In this document: positions 13,191-28,033 of the stretch, in pieces
How the letters are laid out: every line of letters starts with the position of its first letter
How positions within the stretch are numbered: position 1 is the first letter of the stretch
Assembly: GCA_951406725.2 (NCBI GenBank)
Contig: OX597838.1
Coordinates: 6,324,001-6,388,000 of the forward strand
Direction of reading: 5' to 3'
Length of the DNA stretch: 64,000 nt
Source of the DNA: Octopus vulgaris
Taxonomy: Eukaryota
Program-made: the position numbers and the translations under genes
The notes under the pieces: model-generated
Told to the model about the DNA's origin: nothing
Database searches by the model: none
What the model saw: only the letters and a program-made list of their open reading frames with translations

Positions 13191-13917
13191 TTAAAGAGTA
13201 ACGTAACTTATTCTAAGAGAATGAGAAGAGATAGCAAATAATCTATAGTTGTCCTTGACTTGTGTTCTATTTATCAATTCAGGATGGGACTGAAGCCAAA
13301 ATCAGCCGCGCAGGATTCGAAACACTGCGCGAAAACCCGACGCATTAACGATTCTCACTGTTCTCTACACGAACAAGTTTTGTATTGCTGGTAATTAATT
13401 TAACCACCACGGAATATTGGTGAATATTACATTGAAACCCTGTGAGAAATGAACGCACATCAATGATTGACCGAACAAAATATCATAAATGCATTTAGTC
13501 TGACATTCACTGCCAACCTCCTCTTCTCTACAAGTATTATCTTGTGTGTGAAATATTGTCGATCGATTCCTAGAAACGTTGCTTCAATTCCCAGAGTATA
13601 AGAGACGAATATTCAATAAAGCATCCAGTCAAATCTATAAACATTTCTGACAGATGCGATGTTCAACTGTCATGATAATATTGTCAAGTCGTAGAGCAAT
13701 TAAAGTTTTGTTTGGTTCGAAAAGCTTAATGTTACTGTAAGTTGGCCTTTCCTGTTGGCAAACTGTGTCAAACCGCTCTTTACTCTCCGATAGTAAACCG
13801 TTTTCGACACTGAAACCATGTCTTGTATGACTTTATATAAAAAAAATTAATAATAATAATAATTACTAATGTTAATACGTAAAAATATACCAGCACGGTA
13901 GTGGTCGAGCTGATGAG

Positions 13918-14117
<200 letters not shown>

Positions 14118-14485
14118 ATCGGCGGCGTTGGCAACTGCATCACCATCACCATTTGTAACGTTACCAGAAGACTCAAGAGAAAGGAATGATATCTTATTAA
14201 AATTCTTTCGGTCACGTTTCTCTGGCGTAAGTCTTAAATATTTCATTTCTTATTACTATCATTACTTTTCTGACATGCCTGTAAAATCAGAGAAAAGATA
14301 GTTGCTTTAGACTGGAAGCATTGTAATTTCTAGTTTCGTAATTCTACCTTCATTTTTTTTTTTTTTTCAAATTGCGACAAATTCTGCACTGAATTTCATT
14401 ACTCGCAGTTCAATAAATTTACGTCACAGCTAGATATAATTGAATATTGTGTTTCACGAAAACGAGTCTGTTTACTTGTATTCGT

Positions 14486-14704
14486 TGCACTCCGTCGATT
14501 ACGACGACGCGAGCCACAGTTGATCCGAGCAACGGAACGGCCTTCTCGTGAGATTAACGTGCAAGTTACTGAGCACTCTACGTGTACCCTTAACGTAGTT
14601 CTCGGGGAGATTCAGCGTGACATAGAGTGTTAACAAGGCTGGTACTTTGAAATACAGTTTGAACATAAACAGGAAGAAAGAGTGAGAGAAGTTGTGATGT
14701 AAAG
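14486..14704 (-). mobile_element. SINE family C, 5'-truncated
   Basis: Reverse complement of cacaacttctctcactctttcttcctgttt...ccccgagaactacgttaagggtacacg...gacggagtgc. Confidence 0.85.
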
Positions 14705-16274
14705 GTGTGTGTGTTTGTGTGTGTGTGTGTATACACATGCAAGCAAAAACGCATACTTGAATACGCGTCAGAAATATAAATGGAAATATTGATAGATGGA
14801 TAGATAGATAGATATATAGATAGACTGATAAACTGACGTACATAAGTACTTACATACATATGTATTTTGCTTAAATGCTTTATATGTGTATGTTCGTGAG
14901 TCGATGTGTGTATCTGCGCAAGCGCATGTGTGTGACTAAATTTTGTCTTTAATCTGTTGGTGCTAATGTGTTACTGAGCTTATAAATAATAATAACAAAT
15001 CATGGGAAATTAGGAGTCTGATTACAACTGCAAAAACAGCCTACTATTAAATCAATTTTCGCCATTGATCATCATTTTTGTAGTTTATAACTTAATGATT
15101 ATCAAATACAGCAGCTTTAAATTGTCTATGAAACAGCAAAGCAATGAATATGTCCTCATAAAGCTAATAAAAATAATTTATGATATATCGTCGTTGTAGA
15201 GTAACGTTATATGACCTTTCTATATTTTATTCGTTGCTCGATATAAACCATCTCTGATGAATAGGCATTCATTGGATAGATAAGAAAACCGCCATTAATC
15301 TTAACATTTCGAGAGGAGATATTTCACACCAACAAATGGATGTTACGGCGTGAAAAAGAATACATTGCACTGCAAAAGAGAGCTAGATAATTTTAGCAAT
15401 AGCTTTTTAATAAATAACATGGTAGTAAATTATAGTATATTATTCATATTCTGCAGACGATTATTGACGCCATTTTTGTTTTGTTTTTCTCCTCTTTCTC
15501 AACTTTATTTATATTCGTTTTTCTATCTAAGTTTGAACAGGTTTTCATTATCATTGAAATGTGGAATTTTTTTTTTGTCACCGGACAATTGGAGTCATAC
15601 AAAACTATTCATTGTTAATGTACTTTCAAGTATTAAATTGGAAACAACTTATTGCTACTTAACACACACAGTAGACATCTAACTTTATTAATGAAATTGA
15701 GCAGTTCATTGAAGAGCAAGCGTGGCTGCTCTTTATTTAAATTAGGAAAGTAATTTAAACCAGAATCACATTCGCTTTCGATACATTGCTATTGAAAGTG
15801 GAAATAAAAGAAAGAGAGGGAAAAATAGTCCAGGTTTTTATCTAGATAATTCTAGTGAAAATCGGTGAATGGCTGAACCTATTAAAACAACATATAAAGT
15901 GTTTAACGGAATTTGTCTATGTTACGAGTTCAAATTTTAATTCAAATATCATCCTTCTGAGGATGTTGTTGTTTATGCTGATGTTGGTGGTGTAGTTGAT
16001 GTTCCTTCGCAAGTCATCTTAGAGGAAGTGGAACGATGAAGAAAACAGTTTCAGCCATGACGAAAACAGCTTTCGTTTTAGATATATCTAACCTCGATTA
16101 TCTAGGTTACTATCACCGGAAATTCTGCTTCATGAATTAAGGCCAGGGAATGTTCTAATGAATGTACGGCTACTACATCTGACAATGAGAATAGTTATTT
16201 AGAGGCCAGCACATTATCCCAGATTTTTTTTTATTCATCTGAAGAAATAAATTTGACTATTTGACTATTGAAAC

Positions 16275-16501
16275 TGGAGGCACGTGCTTTAGTGGTTACG
16301 GTATTGAAATCGTGATCATAATATTATGCTTTCGATCCCTGGACCTGGCGATACGTTGTGTTCTGGATCAAAACAATTTATTTCACGTTAATCTGCAACA
16401 AGTAATCAGAAGATCGACCGCCATTACCACCCAAATTGGGAATATATACGCCATGGAAACCGGGAAACAGGCTCACATGAGTTTACATGCTTCAGGAAGG
16501 G
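16275..16501 (+). mobile_element. Degenerate tRNA-SINE with V-like tail
   Basis: tggaggcacgtgctttagtggtta, tttcgatccc, tttatttcacgtt (family-H module), tail tatacgccatggaaaccgggaaacaggc shared with 4118-4327. Confidence 0.55.
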
Positions 16502-16852
16502 ACTGTATCCTTTTATCATAGTGTCTCACATCATGTTTTAGAACATGATTAGAAACCTCGTCTCCAAATGTGACTGCAATATTACCTAAATTATTGCATA
16601 AACAATATAATAAAAAATGAACAGCAAAGTAGTTAAAACAAACAAATAAAATAAATAAAATCAAATTAAACGAACATGAATACACAGGGGATACTGATAC
16701 TGCAGGTACCATAGACATTCCACACACAAACAATTACTAAACATAGATGCACACAGGGATATACGCATGCGCGAATAAAGACACATACAAGACGAATACA
16801 AAATGATAGATCGTTAGGAAGGAGATATACAAAAATGAAGGAAGAAGACAAA

Positions 16853-16897
16853 GGACCACTGATGAGGTAACAGAAGTGTGACGAAAGAACTGTGGCC
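16853..16897 (+). ncRNA. Decayed minimal type-I hammerhead ribozyme motif
   Basis: cca-CTGATGA-g-gtaac(agaagt)gtgac-GAAA-gaac-Tg-tgg; helix I cca/tgg; G at position 17 would block cleavage; AATAAA about 20 nt downstream. Confidence 0.55.
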
Positions 16898-17000
16898 GAA
16901 TATACAATTAATGTGAAATAAAGCTGAAGCAACGGAACACCAAATATATAGTGTGTGTGTTTTAGCTGACTACACTGGCAACATGACCAACCCAAATGTC

Positions 17001-17048
<48 letters not shown>

Positions 17049-17114
17049 GATTGAGAGAGATACAGAATCAAAAGTTCCGTATACATATGTGTATTGACGC
17101 ATTTGTGTTATTAA

Positions 17115-17214
<100 letters not shown>

Positions 17215-17223
17215 TATATACAT

Positions 17224-17300
<77 letters not shown>

Positions 17301-19036
17301 CATATAAATGTGTATATGTATGTTTGTATATATATGTATATATATATATACTGAGAGAAAAGAAGCAAAGTCAGCTAAATTTTATCAGGACTAGAATTCG
17401 TCAGCACCGTTCTGCTAAGACCGACTGGCGACAAATCAAACAGAACAACATATCGTGAACATCGCCTATGAAAACAACAGCATGGAAAGGACGGCGTTTA
17501 TGGAAAGAAAACATCGTATATAACCGAGTTAATATTTCAATAAAACTATCAACAGCAATTTATATGTATATTTATTTAAAACAACACAAAATCAAGCTCA
17601 GTGAAAGCACACATTCGAGAATAATGTTTAGATATGTTTAGCATGTGCTGATGGTGTCTTTTACATCCGTTGTAGTTTCACTCACATACATACTTCTATT
17701 CTTTATTTTATACATGAAAGCAAATTTATTTTATTCTCTTGTTCTTTTATTCTCCTTTTCTTTAAACAACAAAACAGCTGCCAACAGAGACTACAACTAT
17801 ATAAGTGCATAGCAGGAAATGAAAGCTAATATGCTGTTGTAAGAATTCCTGTTTTCACTGCTCTAGATCTTTACATGAAACAGAAATCTGGATAAAGAAA
17901 CAAAGAAAAAAATCACCATCATGAATTGAATACATTTTAAACTAACATGTAAATAATATAAATTGAAGTATATTATGCCATTTTCTTTAGTTCAACAATC
18001 AAAACAGGATTACAGGAAATACGAAACTGTAGTTTGGAAACTCTTTCAGATTCTGCTTGTTAACAAAAATCTAAGCATCATTGAAATCCATTTAGCTTCT
18101 ACAAAACCGAATTTGCCATGCAATATCGCTTCACCGTTAATCACTGTTCATTTACTTAATTTCCTAATCATACGCTGTTTTCCATCGTAAACTTATTGAT
18201 AGAAATCTAAGGCATGCTACCCAGTTAATCTCTTTACACCATCCTACACGAATACCAAGTTTTCGGTACAAAATCAACAATCGATAAATGATACATATAA
18301 AATTAGCTTTCCACTTCATCCAGCGGAGCCTAAACTAGTTATGAATTGTGCGCATCAGCCGATCCCAATCGTATTTAATCTTTGTCACATTTGTATTATT
18401 GAGAAAACGCGTCTTTTAATTCAAGTCTATTTTCGTACATGGAAAATAACGCTAGATCAAGCATTCCCAGGATTTTCTATTTTTAGTCTTCTCTCATAGA
18501 ACTGGGACAATAGTTTCTATTTTCTGCACCCTAGCAATTACTTTCATGATATCCGAAAAAATGCAGAAAGGACGGGTAGACACAATTTTTCTCGGGTATA
18601 GAGTTTAGCAATCTAGTGAACTCTTTCTGGCAGAATAAAGTTAGAAGCTAAATATTAAAATTAAATAAAATACGAAGCGCTTTTGCATAAAACATCATCG
18701 CAATTTTTCCCGTTTTATGGCATTGGACAGGAGCTTGCACCACCCATGGCCACCACCGACTACTAGTAATACAACTTCTGGGTGTTACACAAAATGTCTG
18801 GCAGCACTATGGCTTTTTAAGTTCTGTGTTCCATTCCGCAATTTTTGCCATTGTCTTTAGTAAATTGAGTACTGGTGTCAACACATCCCGACCATTCATT
18901 TTCTGTTTATTCATTCTCTCGAACCATATATGTATATAATTGTTTTTATTTATAATTCATCGCATTTCACATATTTCTCTACAATTATTAACTTATTTTC
19001 TTATTTTTTTATATTTTATGTTTCAACCGTAACACT

Positions 19037-19251
19037 TTCTTTTCTACTCTAGGCACAAGGCCCAGAAGTTTGGAAGAGGAGGCCAGTCGATTAGATCGAC
19101 CCCAGTATGCAACTGGTAGTTAATTTATCGACTCCGAGAGGGTGAAAGACAAAGTCGACCTCGGCAGAATATGAACTCAGAATGTAAAGACGTACGAAAT
19201 ACCGCCAAGGATTTCACTCGGCGTGCTAACGTTGCTGCCAGCTCGCCGCCT
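19037..19251 (-). mobile_element. SINE family B (tail type 2), full length
   Basis: Minus strand runs from ggcggcgagctggcagcaacgttagcacgcc through B box gagttcatattc to gggccttgtgcctagagtagaaaagaa. Confidence 0.88.
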
Positions 19252-19361
19252 TTCAGAATAATATATTACCTGTTCGAACTTAATCCCGGTTTAAGCTCAT
19301 GTCTGATACATTCCTCTACCTAGCAATGTGCTGAATGATAAATATCTATTGTTAATATCTA

Positions 19362-20059
19362 TTGTTGGCAACTAAGTTCCCGCCATATTGTTAATTTTTT
19401 GAAAATTTATTGCGTTTTTAAATTTCGGAATCTATTTTTTTCGAGTATTCTATTTTTGAATCATTTTGGATTTTTAAATCTAATTTTAGATACTTTTTGT
19501 TTATTTTCAGATCATTAAAATGGGTTTTTAAGTTTAGAAGAACGAGAATTTTTGACACCTTCTACTTTTTTGTTTTTAATCAAGATTCTAAGGCGTCAAA
19601 AGCTGCTTGTGATATTTGTGCTGTGTATGAAGAGGGTGCCATAGCGGAAATTACTGCTTGTGATTGGTATGCCAAGAACAAAAATGGAAACTTTGCCCTT
19701 AAAGACGCACCTTGTTCTGGGCGTCCAGTTGAGTTCGATGAACAGCGATTAAACCAACTTTGCACGAAAATTCTCGTCAAACGACAAGGGAACTGCCAGA
19801 GAAAATGGAATGCTCCCACACTGCTATAGGAAAGCATCGTCACTCGATGGGAAAGGTTCAGAAGTATGGAGCATGGGTTCCGCATGCTTTAAGTGAAAAA
19901 CAACATAAATCAACGAACCACAATCACATGCTGGTTTGCATGCTCGTCACTGCTCCACTCATGGACACAAGCAACGATTTCTTTACCGAATTGTTACTGG
20001 CGACGAAAAATGTTGCCTGTACATTAATATGAAGCAGCTTAAGGAATGGCTTAGCCCAT
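19362..20059 (+). mobile_element. Mariner transposon remnant: left TIR + frameshifted, 3'-truncated transposase
   Basis: TA|ttgttggcaactaagttccc end; HTH region ...DAPCSGRPVEFD, TTREL, linker GAWVPHAL (WVPHEL motif), then RIVTGDEK (first catalytic Asp) in shifted frames. Confidence 0.92.
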
Positions 20060-20633
20060 ATACATATAATTTGAAATAATGTTGTCTATTTCTAATATGT
20101 TTATTCAAAACAGGATTGACCAGTGGTTAAACAAAAAGAACAGCTCCAGCACATCAGTACATTTACCAACATAACTAGCAACACCACCAACAGAGCTCTT
20201 GCTGTTTGTGAATAAATATACAGCGCTTTTTCGGGCCTGTGTAATGGTCTCAAATTAACTATTGTCTCAAAGACGGTTGTTCCCTCTTCAAATTACATTA
20301 ATTGAAAAGCTAAGCCAGTTCTAGATATTTATTTAGCTTTCTCTTCGGAGAACTATTGTAATGGCAGCTAAGCCGAGTGCTAATGTTTCTGATGACAGAC
20401 GTATATTATCCAAATGAATCAATCGATCCTTCTGTATTAGAGTAGATTAAATTCTTGTGTTACGGAAAGATTAATCGAATAATGAACCCTTGTAGGATTA
20501 AAGCTCAGGAAGAACCATAAAAATTAAGTGAAGCATTGAATTCGCCCTTCTACAGTCTAAATGCTTAATTGTCAAAGTAAATTCAGAGAATTTCAGTATG
20601 CATAGTGGCAACACCTCAATCTATAGAATACAA

Positions 20634-20691
<58 letters not shown>

Positions 20692-21563
20692 ACTTTCCCT
20701 ATCTTTCGTCACACACACAGACACACACACAGAAACATATATGAGTTCGTCTGTGTATGTATGTATAGATATGGCTATAAACAGACGCCAATGGCATTTA
20801 TATATATATATATATATATATACAGAGAAGGACAGAGCGCGAGAGAAAGATATACACACATGTCTATATATATATATATCTTTATCCGGGTTATTTACAC
20901 TTAGGAATATACGCACACACACACATACACACACACATATATAATATGTATATAAGCATATAAGCTGTGCATCTGTGCATTTGCACACATTATACAATAT
21001 AACTTGAAGAGCAACGGGAAGGTGGCCAACACATAAACCAGGTATCACAGCAAGATACCGATTTAATGAAAATAGAGATATTCTTCTGCATTTCAAGCCC
21101 TGAGGCTGTCCATCGTTTCGTTGCAGCACATTCCGTTAACGAATCAGGGATATATTATTAAATTCCTTCGATTTGCAATCCTCATCTGTGCTGTTATTAC
21201 TGGAATATGTAAGTATATGTAAAATACTGACGATCGCCTAAATTGTTGAAAACCCGGCAGTAAAAAAAGGATGAACTTGAGTTGCAAATACCAATATGTA
21301 TTGTGCCTTCTGTGTGATTTCCATAAGTAGGAGGCTTATATTATCCTACATTGGCTATGCAGTAGTAAGAATTATGTACCCCTGGTATATCTGTCGCTCT
21401 CTATCGCATTTGTTCTAATTAGTGTCGTAGTTACTAAGTTGCTAATATAGCAATCAGTGTTTTTCTTCAGTTATGATCAACGTACCGTGACTTTTCGATT
21501 GAAAGTTCCGGCGTGCCTGCTTCAGCCGATGTTTTAGTTCTGCCAATGTCTAACTATCTATCT

Positions 21564-21947
21564 GTGGAGGCGCAATGGCCCAGTAGTTAGGGCAGCGCAC
21601 ACGCGGTCGTAGGATCGCGGTTTCGATTCCCAGACCGAGCGTTGTGAGTGTTTATTGAGTGAAAACACCTAAAGCTCCACGAGGCTCCGGCAGGGCATGG
21701 TGGTGATCCCTGCTGTGCTCTTTCACCACAACTTTCTCTCACTCTTTCTTCCTGTTTCTGTTGTACCTGTATTTCAAAGGGCCGGCCTTGTCACTCTCTG
21801 TGTCACGCTGAATATGTCCGAGAACTATGTTAAGGGTACACGTGTGTGTGGAGTGCTCAGCCACTTACACGTTAATTTGACGAGCAGGCTGTTCCGTTGG
21901 TCGGATCAACCGGAACCCTCATCGTCGTAACCGACGGAGTGCTTCCA
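21564..21947 (+). mobile_element. SINE family C, full length
   Basis: Near-identical to 5012-5398; preceded by atctatct (21556-21563) and followed by (atct)n. Confidence 0.92.
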
Positions 21948-22031
<84 letters not shown>

Positions 22032-22091
22032 GTATATCTATCTATCTATCTATCTATCTGTCTATCTATCTATCTATCTATGTATCTATCT
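21948..22091. repeat. (TATC)n microsatellite
   Basis: Directly visible; abuts the SINE 3' end. Confidence 0.95.
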
Positions 22092-22950
22092 ATAAATAAT
22101 TGTATTTTTATATAAGCTTAAAACTTATGGCGATCACCGCGCAATGGCTAAGGAAAATAGTCTAATAAAGGGGCATATAAGCCCTCGAGAGAAAAAAGGT
22201 AACTTTCCTATCCACGTGGGATATATCCTAACAATTGCCAAGTTAACGACATCTTGTCCTGTCGTTTTTTTTTTCAATTCACAACAAAAACAAAACAGAC
22301 TTGTGATTTTACCATCTTTACCACGACATTTCTTAGTTCATTTTTTGGCTTCAGCTCACGCGAAATGTCTTCAATTGGATGAGATATCGCGTAGGAAGAC
22401 AAAGTAATGGCCCTAATTTGTTTGACGGCTTCATCACTAATCATTGTGCCAAAGGCGAACAACAAGCCTGGTTAAATAACGTTTTCGGCATCAGAATGTG
22501 GTTCTTACCAAAAACTGGGCAATGTTATTACTAGAGATTTGAGCTTTCTCTGGAAATTATAATTACGCTCGAACTTTGGGAATGTACTTTGATCGTGGTT
22601 TCGCCAAAATCTCGAAAATATTTTTCGCGGCACACTAGTATTCGCTTGCAGCATGCCATTGTCCCACGGTACGCAATTTGCCAGACACTCTTATAACAGA
22701 ATAAAATATATTATTAGTCTTCTAAATTAGCATTGTCAATAAGCTGATGTTGCCAAATATTATTGCTGTAAATTACTGCTTTACTCAGATGATCTGGCGA
22801 TTCAGTCACCCCTTACACTTGTCACGAATAAGATACTAATATTTAGTTGTGACTCACGTGTAAACATTATATAGAGTATGGTCTGAGTATAAAAAAATCT
22901 AAATATAATGTAGAATTTTATTCTTCATTTATGTATCTATCTATCTATCC

Positions 22951-23018
<68 letters not shown>

Positions 23019-23082
23019 ACTCTCAATATTTATATATATACTTATATATGTGTGCGTGTATACTCAATATATAAAAACCGTA

Positions 23083-23420
23083 AGTCGGTGAGCTGACAGA
23101 AACGTTAGGGCGTGGGCGAAATGCTTAGCGTTATTTCGACTGTCTTTAGGTTCTGAGTTCATATTCCGGTGACGACAACTGTGCCTTTCTTCCTTTCAGC
23201 GTTGCTAAATTAAGTAGCAGCTGCGTACTGGTATCGATCTAATCGACTGCCCCCTCCCCTAGAGTAGACAAGAATATATAATAACGGTGAACTAGCAGAA
23301 TCGTTATCACCTAGGGCAACACATTTAGCCGCATTACGACCCTCTTTACGCTCTGAATTCAAATTGTGCTGATGTCTACTTTACCTTTCGCTCTTTTGGG
23401 TTCGATAACATACGTACCTG
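23083..23420 (+). mobile_element. Two adjacent degenerate family-B SINEs
   Basis: gtcggtgagctgacagaaacgttag...ctagagtagacaagaat (23083-23275) and cggtgaactagcagaatcgtta...ggttcgataa (23284-23420). Confidence 0.7.
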
Positions 23421-24081
23421 AATTTCGAATATGCAATGTTTTTGTAATAGATTATTCTCATGTCCAACGTAATTCAACAGATGTTTGATTTCAAAATAAT
23501 TATGTCCTATCGGTCTTTGTTGTGTCTAGTATTATTATCCATCGGTCCTTCCCAAGTACATACAAATATAATTTGAATTTAGGGGAAAATAACTGCTACT
23601 CCTGACAGATATTTCTACTCCCTTAATGCAGCAACTTTTCGAAATATACATGTTTGTGTATATTGTTCCTTTGCGACTGTGTATGTTCCATGTGTGTGCA
23701 GCCGAAGATCCTACATTTGCGATTCCAAAATATTTATTAAGTCAATGATAGAAATATACACACCATAAAGTCACACAAACAAACAAAAATATCAGAAAGG
23801 AAAGAACCAGGTTGACTGGATTAAAATTCGAGACGGAAGAACATAATTAAGGATAGAAATACAGATAATAAATTCACGCCGTAATTATGAGAAATATGTA
23901 ATGCCTAAACTTAATTAATAATGATAAGTTAACGAAACAAAATATATAAATTAAAACATTTTTCTAAAAACCAGCCAGTTGTAATATATAGCAGGCTGAG
24001 GAAATTAGTTATCAAATGTAATTAATAAGATAGCGCAGATAATAAACATAACTCAATTGTGAGTGCCTATATATATATATC

Positions 24082-24159
<78 letters not shown>

Positions 24160-24431
24160 GTGTTTGCATGAATGAATGTGTACGTGTGTCTATTAAGGGC
24201 GCATATTTATTGCGTTGTTTGATATCTATTATGGAAAGTATTTCGATTCTAAATTAGAGTGGTATAAATCACTAGGAAATGTCACTAGATGAATGCATTT
24301 ATGCATCACAGTCTGTAGATGTTGCCAATATCTCGATTTGATGGTTCTGCTGGCGCCAACCCAACTGTGATTTTTATCGCAGCATCTCTTCTCTATGTAT
24401 TTATCAATATGTGTTCCTCTCCACCCCAAAC

Positions 24432-24463
<32 letters not shown>

Positions 24464-24690
24464 GCATAAATGTATATATATATATATATGAATGTATGTA
24501 TGTGTATATACATAGGCACATTCATGTATATAAATATAAAAACACGAACAATAATTTATCTATATTTATATGAAAGTATTACACATATACGGTAATAATT
24601 TTGTGTAAGTTTACGCACACTTATTTAATTGCACATGAGCTATATATACATGTTTGTGTCTGCTTGCGAGTGAGTTTGTATGTGTATGTG

Positions 24691-24771
<81 letters not shown>

Positions 24772-24774
24772 TAC

Positions 24775-24840
<66 letters not shown>

Positions 24841-25300
24841 ATGTATACATGTAAGATCCACGGATCGACGTTTTAGGAAGAAAGTTAACTTGATGCAATA
24901 CGTAGTAAATAAAAAAAAGGAACACGTTTCAGGAACAACAGTGGTATGTTGAGACGGATGGTTGCAAAGAACGATGAGCAGAAACAAAACATGATGCGGT
25001 TTTCACATTCCACTGGAAGTGACAAGGGTTGACGTGTATGCCAACAAAAATTAGATAAGACTTAAAGAATGGAGTATATGAATACATAAAGATGTTTGAA
25101 ATCACACCCTGTTGATTCAAATGTACAGGCGATACGGATACTCGGCTCGAAGTTCTCCTTCCCTAAGAGAAAGATACGTTGGACATGGCTGGATGTATTT
25201 GGCTGATACATCTTTGATCAAGTATGACGTTAAGATACTCATCCCAAATACCTATATACACACAAAAACAACCCGAACATGTGTGCATGTGTATGGGCCT

Positions 25301-25348
<48 letters not shown>

Positions 25349-25422
25349 ATGTGTGTGTGTGTATGTGTTTGAGTGTGGGTGTGCGAGTATTTTTGTGTGT
25401 GTATTCAATCTTATATATATAT

Positions 25423-25623
25423 AGGGAGATGTACTTGCATAGCGAGTGACTTGATCTGAGATCATGTACTTGAACGAAATCAATTGCAGCGTGGAAGGTG
25501 TTTATAAGCCATTTAAGAAACACATAAAAACGTGAGATTGACTTCAACATTTAAATTTAATTTGTCAAAATATTTTCGTTGCTTTGAGACCGCGACCTGT
25601 TCACTGACAAAGCTTCGTGCTGC
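25423..25623 (-). mobile_element. Family E ~200-bp element carrying a variant hammerhead motif
   Basis: Reverse-complement homologue of 35939-36138; both sit in (TA)n; motif at 25561-25611. Confidence 0.8.
25561..25611 (-). ncRNA. Minimal hammerhead, G3-C8 core variant
   Basis: Minus: tttgtca-GTGAACA-g-gtcgc(ggtctcaaa)gcaac-GAAA-atat-TT-tgacaaa; perfect 7-bp helix I; palindromic helix III AATATT. Confidence 0.6.
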
Positions 25624-25764
25624 ATCTGTGTTATATATATATATATATATAGTAGAAATATGTTATAAAGCGAAAATATAAAATACAAAATACAATATAT
25701 ATATATATATATATGTATATATTAATATAACTGTGTAAGTATGTATTTATGTATCTGTATGTGT

Positions 25765-25990
25765 GAGTGTGTGTTTGTGGTTGCCCCCACAATCACTTGC
25801 ATGGCTACCGATGTTGGCGTGTTTATGACCCTGTAATTTAGTACTGTGGCACAAAATGACAATAGAATGAGTACTACGCTTAGAAACAATAAATCCTGAT
25901 ATCAGTTTCTTCAGTTGAAATCCTTTTACGGTGGTGCTCCAGCATGGCTGCTGTGAGATTGCTGAAATAATTAAAAGAATAAAAGAACAA
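25765..25990 (+). mobile_element. SINE family A, degenerate 3' half
   Basis: accgatgttggcgtgtttatgaccctgtaatttag...ggtggtgctccagcatggctgc...aaaagaataaaagaa. Confidence 0.7.
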
Positions 25991-26615
25991 AAGAATATAT
26001 ATATACATATATTCCGAAATACACGTATTTATTCATTACGGATATATAATGAAGAAACACTTGCAATCATAACGCTATCCCTAATGGTCTATGTTATTAG
26101 ATCATGCAATATTTATATTAAAGAAGCACGAATTCCGCTTCTCTGATGGCAAATGGTGTCTGGCGTTGAGAGAAGAGTAAGTTGGTAATGATTTCAGCGT
26201 GTTTATATACGCGTGTGTGTGTGTATGTGCGTAAGTCAGAAATATCTGAAGGGCGAACTATAAAATACGAACAGATCTTTCATAATATATCATTGAAACG
26301 TATTTGTTTACATACGCAGGAACACGTACGCTCCCACGCATACACACACACGTACTTTTCCTCTCACTCGCACGCACTCCGTCAATATTTTTTAAAACCT
26401 TTTTCTTTTTTTCCTCTCTCTCTGTCCCTTTCTATTACTTTTCCGCAAATACATAGACACCGTTACAAACTAACAACGTTATTAAACTGTGCGTATATTA
26501 ATGGATATTACATATACATACATGAGCGTAATATAAATATATGTACATGTACGTATATACATATCTATATATCTATCCATTTATCTATCTATATATCTAT
26601 TCATCTATCTATTTA

Positions 26616-26706
<91 letters not shown>

Positions 26707-27431
26707 ACATACGTAATATATCTATGCAGCATATTCATAGATATGTATACATATATTTATATGAATATATACACAGCTTGCAAATATATATGTAAATATA
26801 TAAATCGTGTATGTCTATAAATATGTGCGTTGTGGGTTTGTGTCCGTGTCCATGTGTGCGTGAGTGTTTGTATGTGAGTGAGTGTTCGTTCGCGAAGTAG
26901 GTGGGAAATGGTTTGGTATGGTAAGACTCAAGAACCGCGCAATAAATCAAAAGCGATGGGCAGTTCCTTTCAATTACTGACAAACTGCAATTCCTTCAGA
27001 TAATTCATATCTGGATTCTTAATAGTCACTTCTCTTCAAACATGCTGCCTTTTACACGCTGGGGCCATTAATCATCCCCTCACACATAAAGTGTTCCCTC
27101 TTTATCTACTCCTCCTGCGGGGGTTCCTGATTGACAACATTTACACTTGCGCTACATACCCACACAGCCACATACACGGAGACCCGTAATATAGTAGAAG
27201 AAAAAACACGCGCCAAATTGAAATGATCTCTCTTTGCTCTATTGGCAAAGCTAACATTACAGAATACTCATTTTCTTTACTTTCAGTTAAGCCTTGTAAA
27301 AGCCAAGCCTTTAATCTATAAATCAATGGGATATTTCCTCAACTAATCCAATAATATTACACCCATAACTTCATAAGAAGGGAAAATGTAGTTTTGTATT
27401 TTCTTTACTTTCGCTGTAGTAATGGCATATA

Positions 27432-27481
<50 letters not shown>

Positions 27482-27538
27482 GCGTGTGTATGCGTTACCA
27501 AATATTTATAGATACGTACACACAGACACAGAAAGTCA

Positions 27539-27583
<45 letters not shown>

Positions 27584-27652
27584 ACATACACATATATATG
27601 CGCGTATGCGTTACTATATATTTATAAACACGTACACAATACATATATATGC

Positions 27653-27690
<38 letters not shown>

Positions 27691-27886
27691 GTGTATGTAT
27701 GTATGTATGTATGTATACAAGCACACACTCATACATCTGGTGTTGGTAATATATACATACGTAAACGATCATATACATTTATTTTTAAATTTTTTTTATG
27801 CAGGTGAACACATATATCTGCCGTTATATATATACATTCTATAAGGTATAGCGATATATGTACAAGTGTTTGACTTTCTGTGTATT

Positions 27887-27941
<55 letters not shown>

Positions 27942-27982
27942 CTGCTTACGTGTGCGCTTGAGCATATTAGTATGTATATATG

Positions 27983-28033
<51 letters not shown>

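Noticed and set aside
21224-21262. CTGACGA followed by GAAA
   Set aside because: No credible helix II, helix III or UH triplet.
24860-25250. Possible very old RTE LINE 3' end
   Set aside because: Only faint peptide resemblance; cannot be supported without a profile search.
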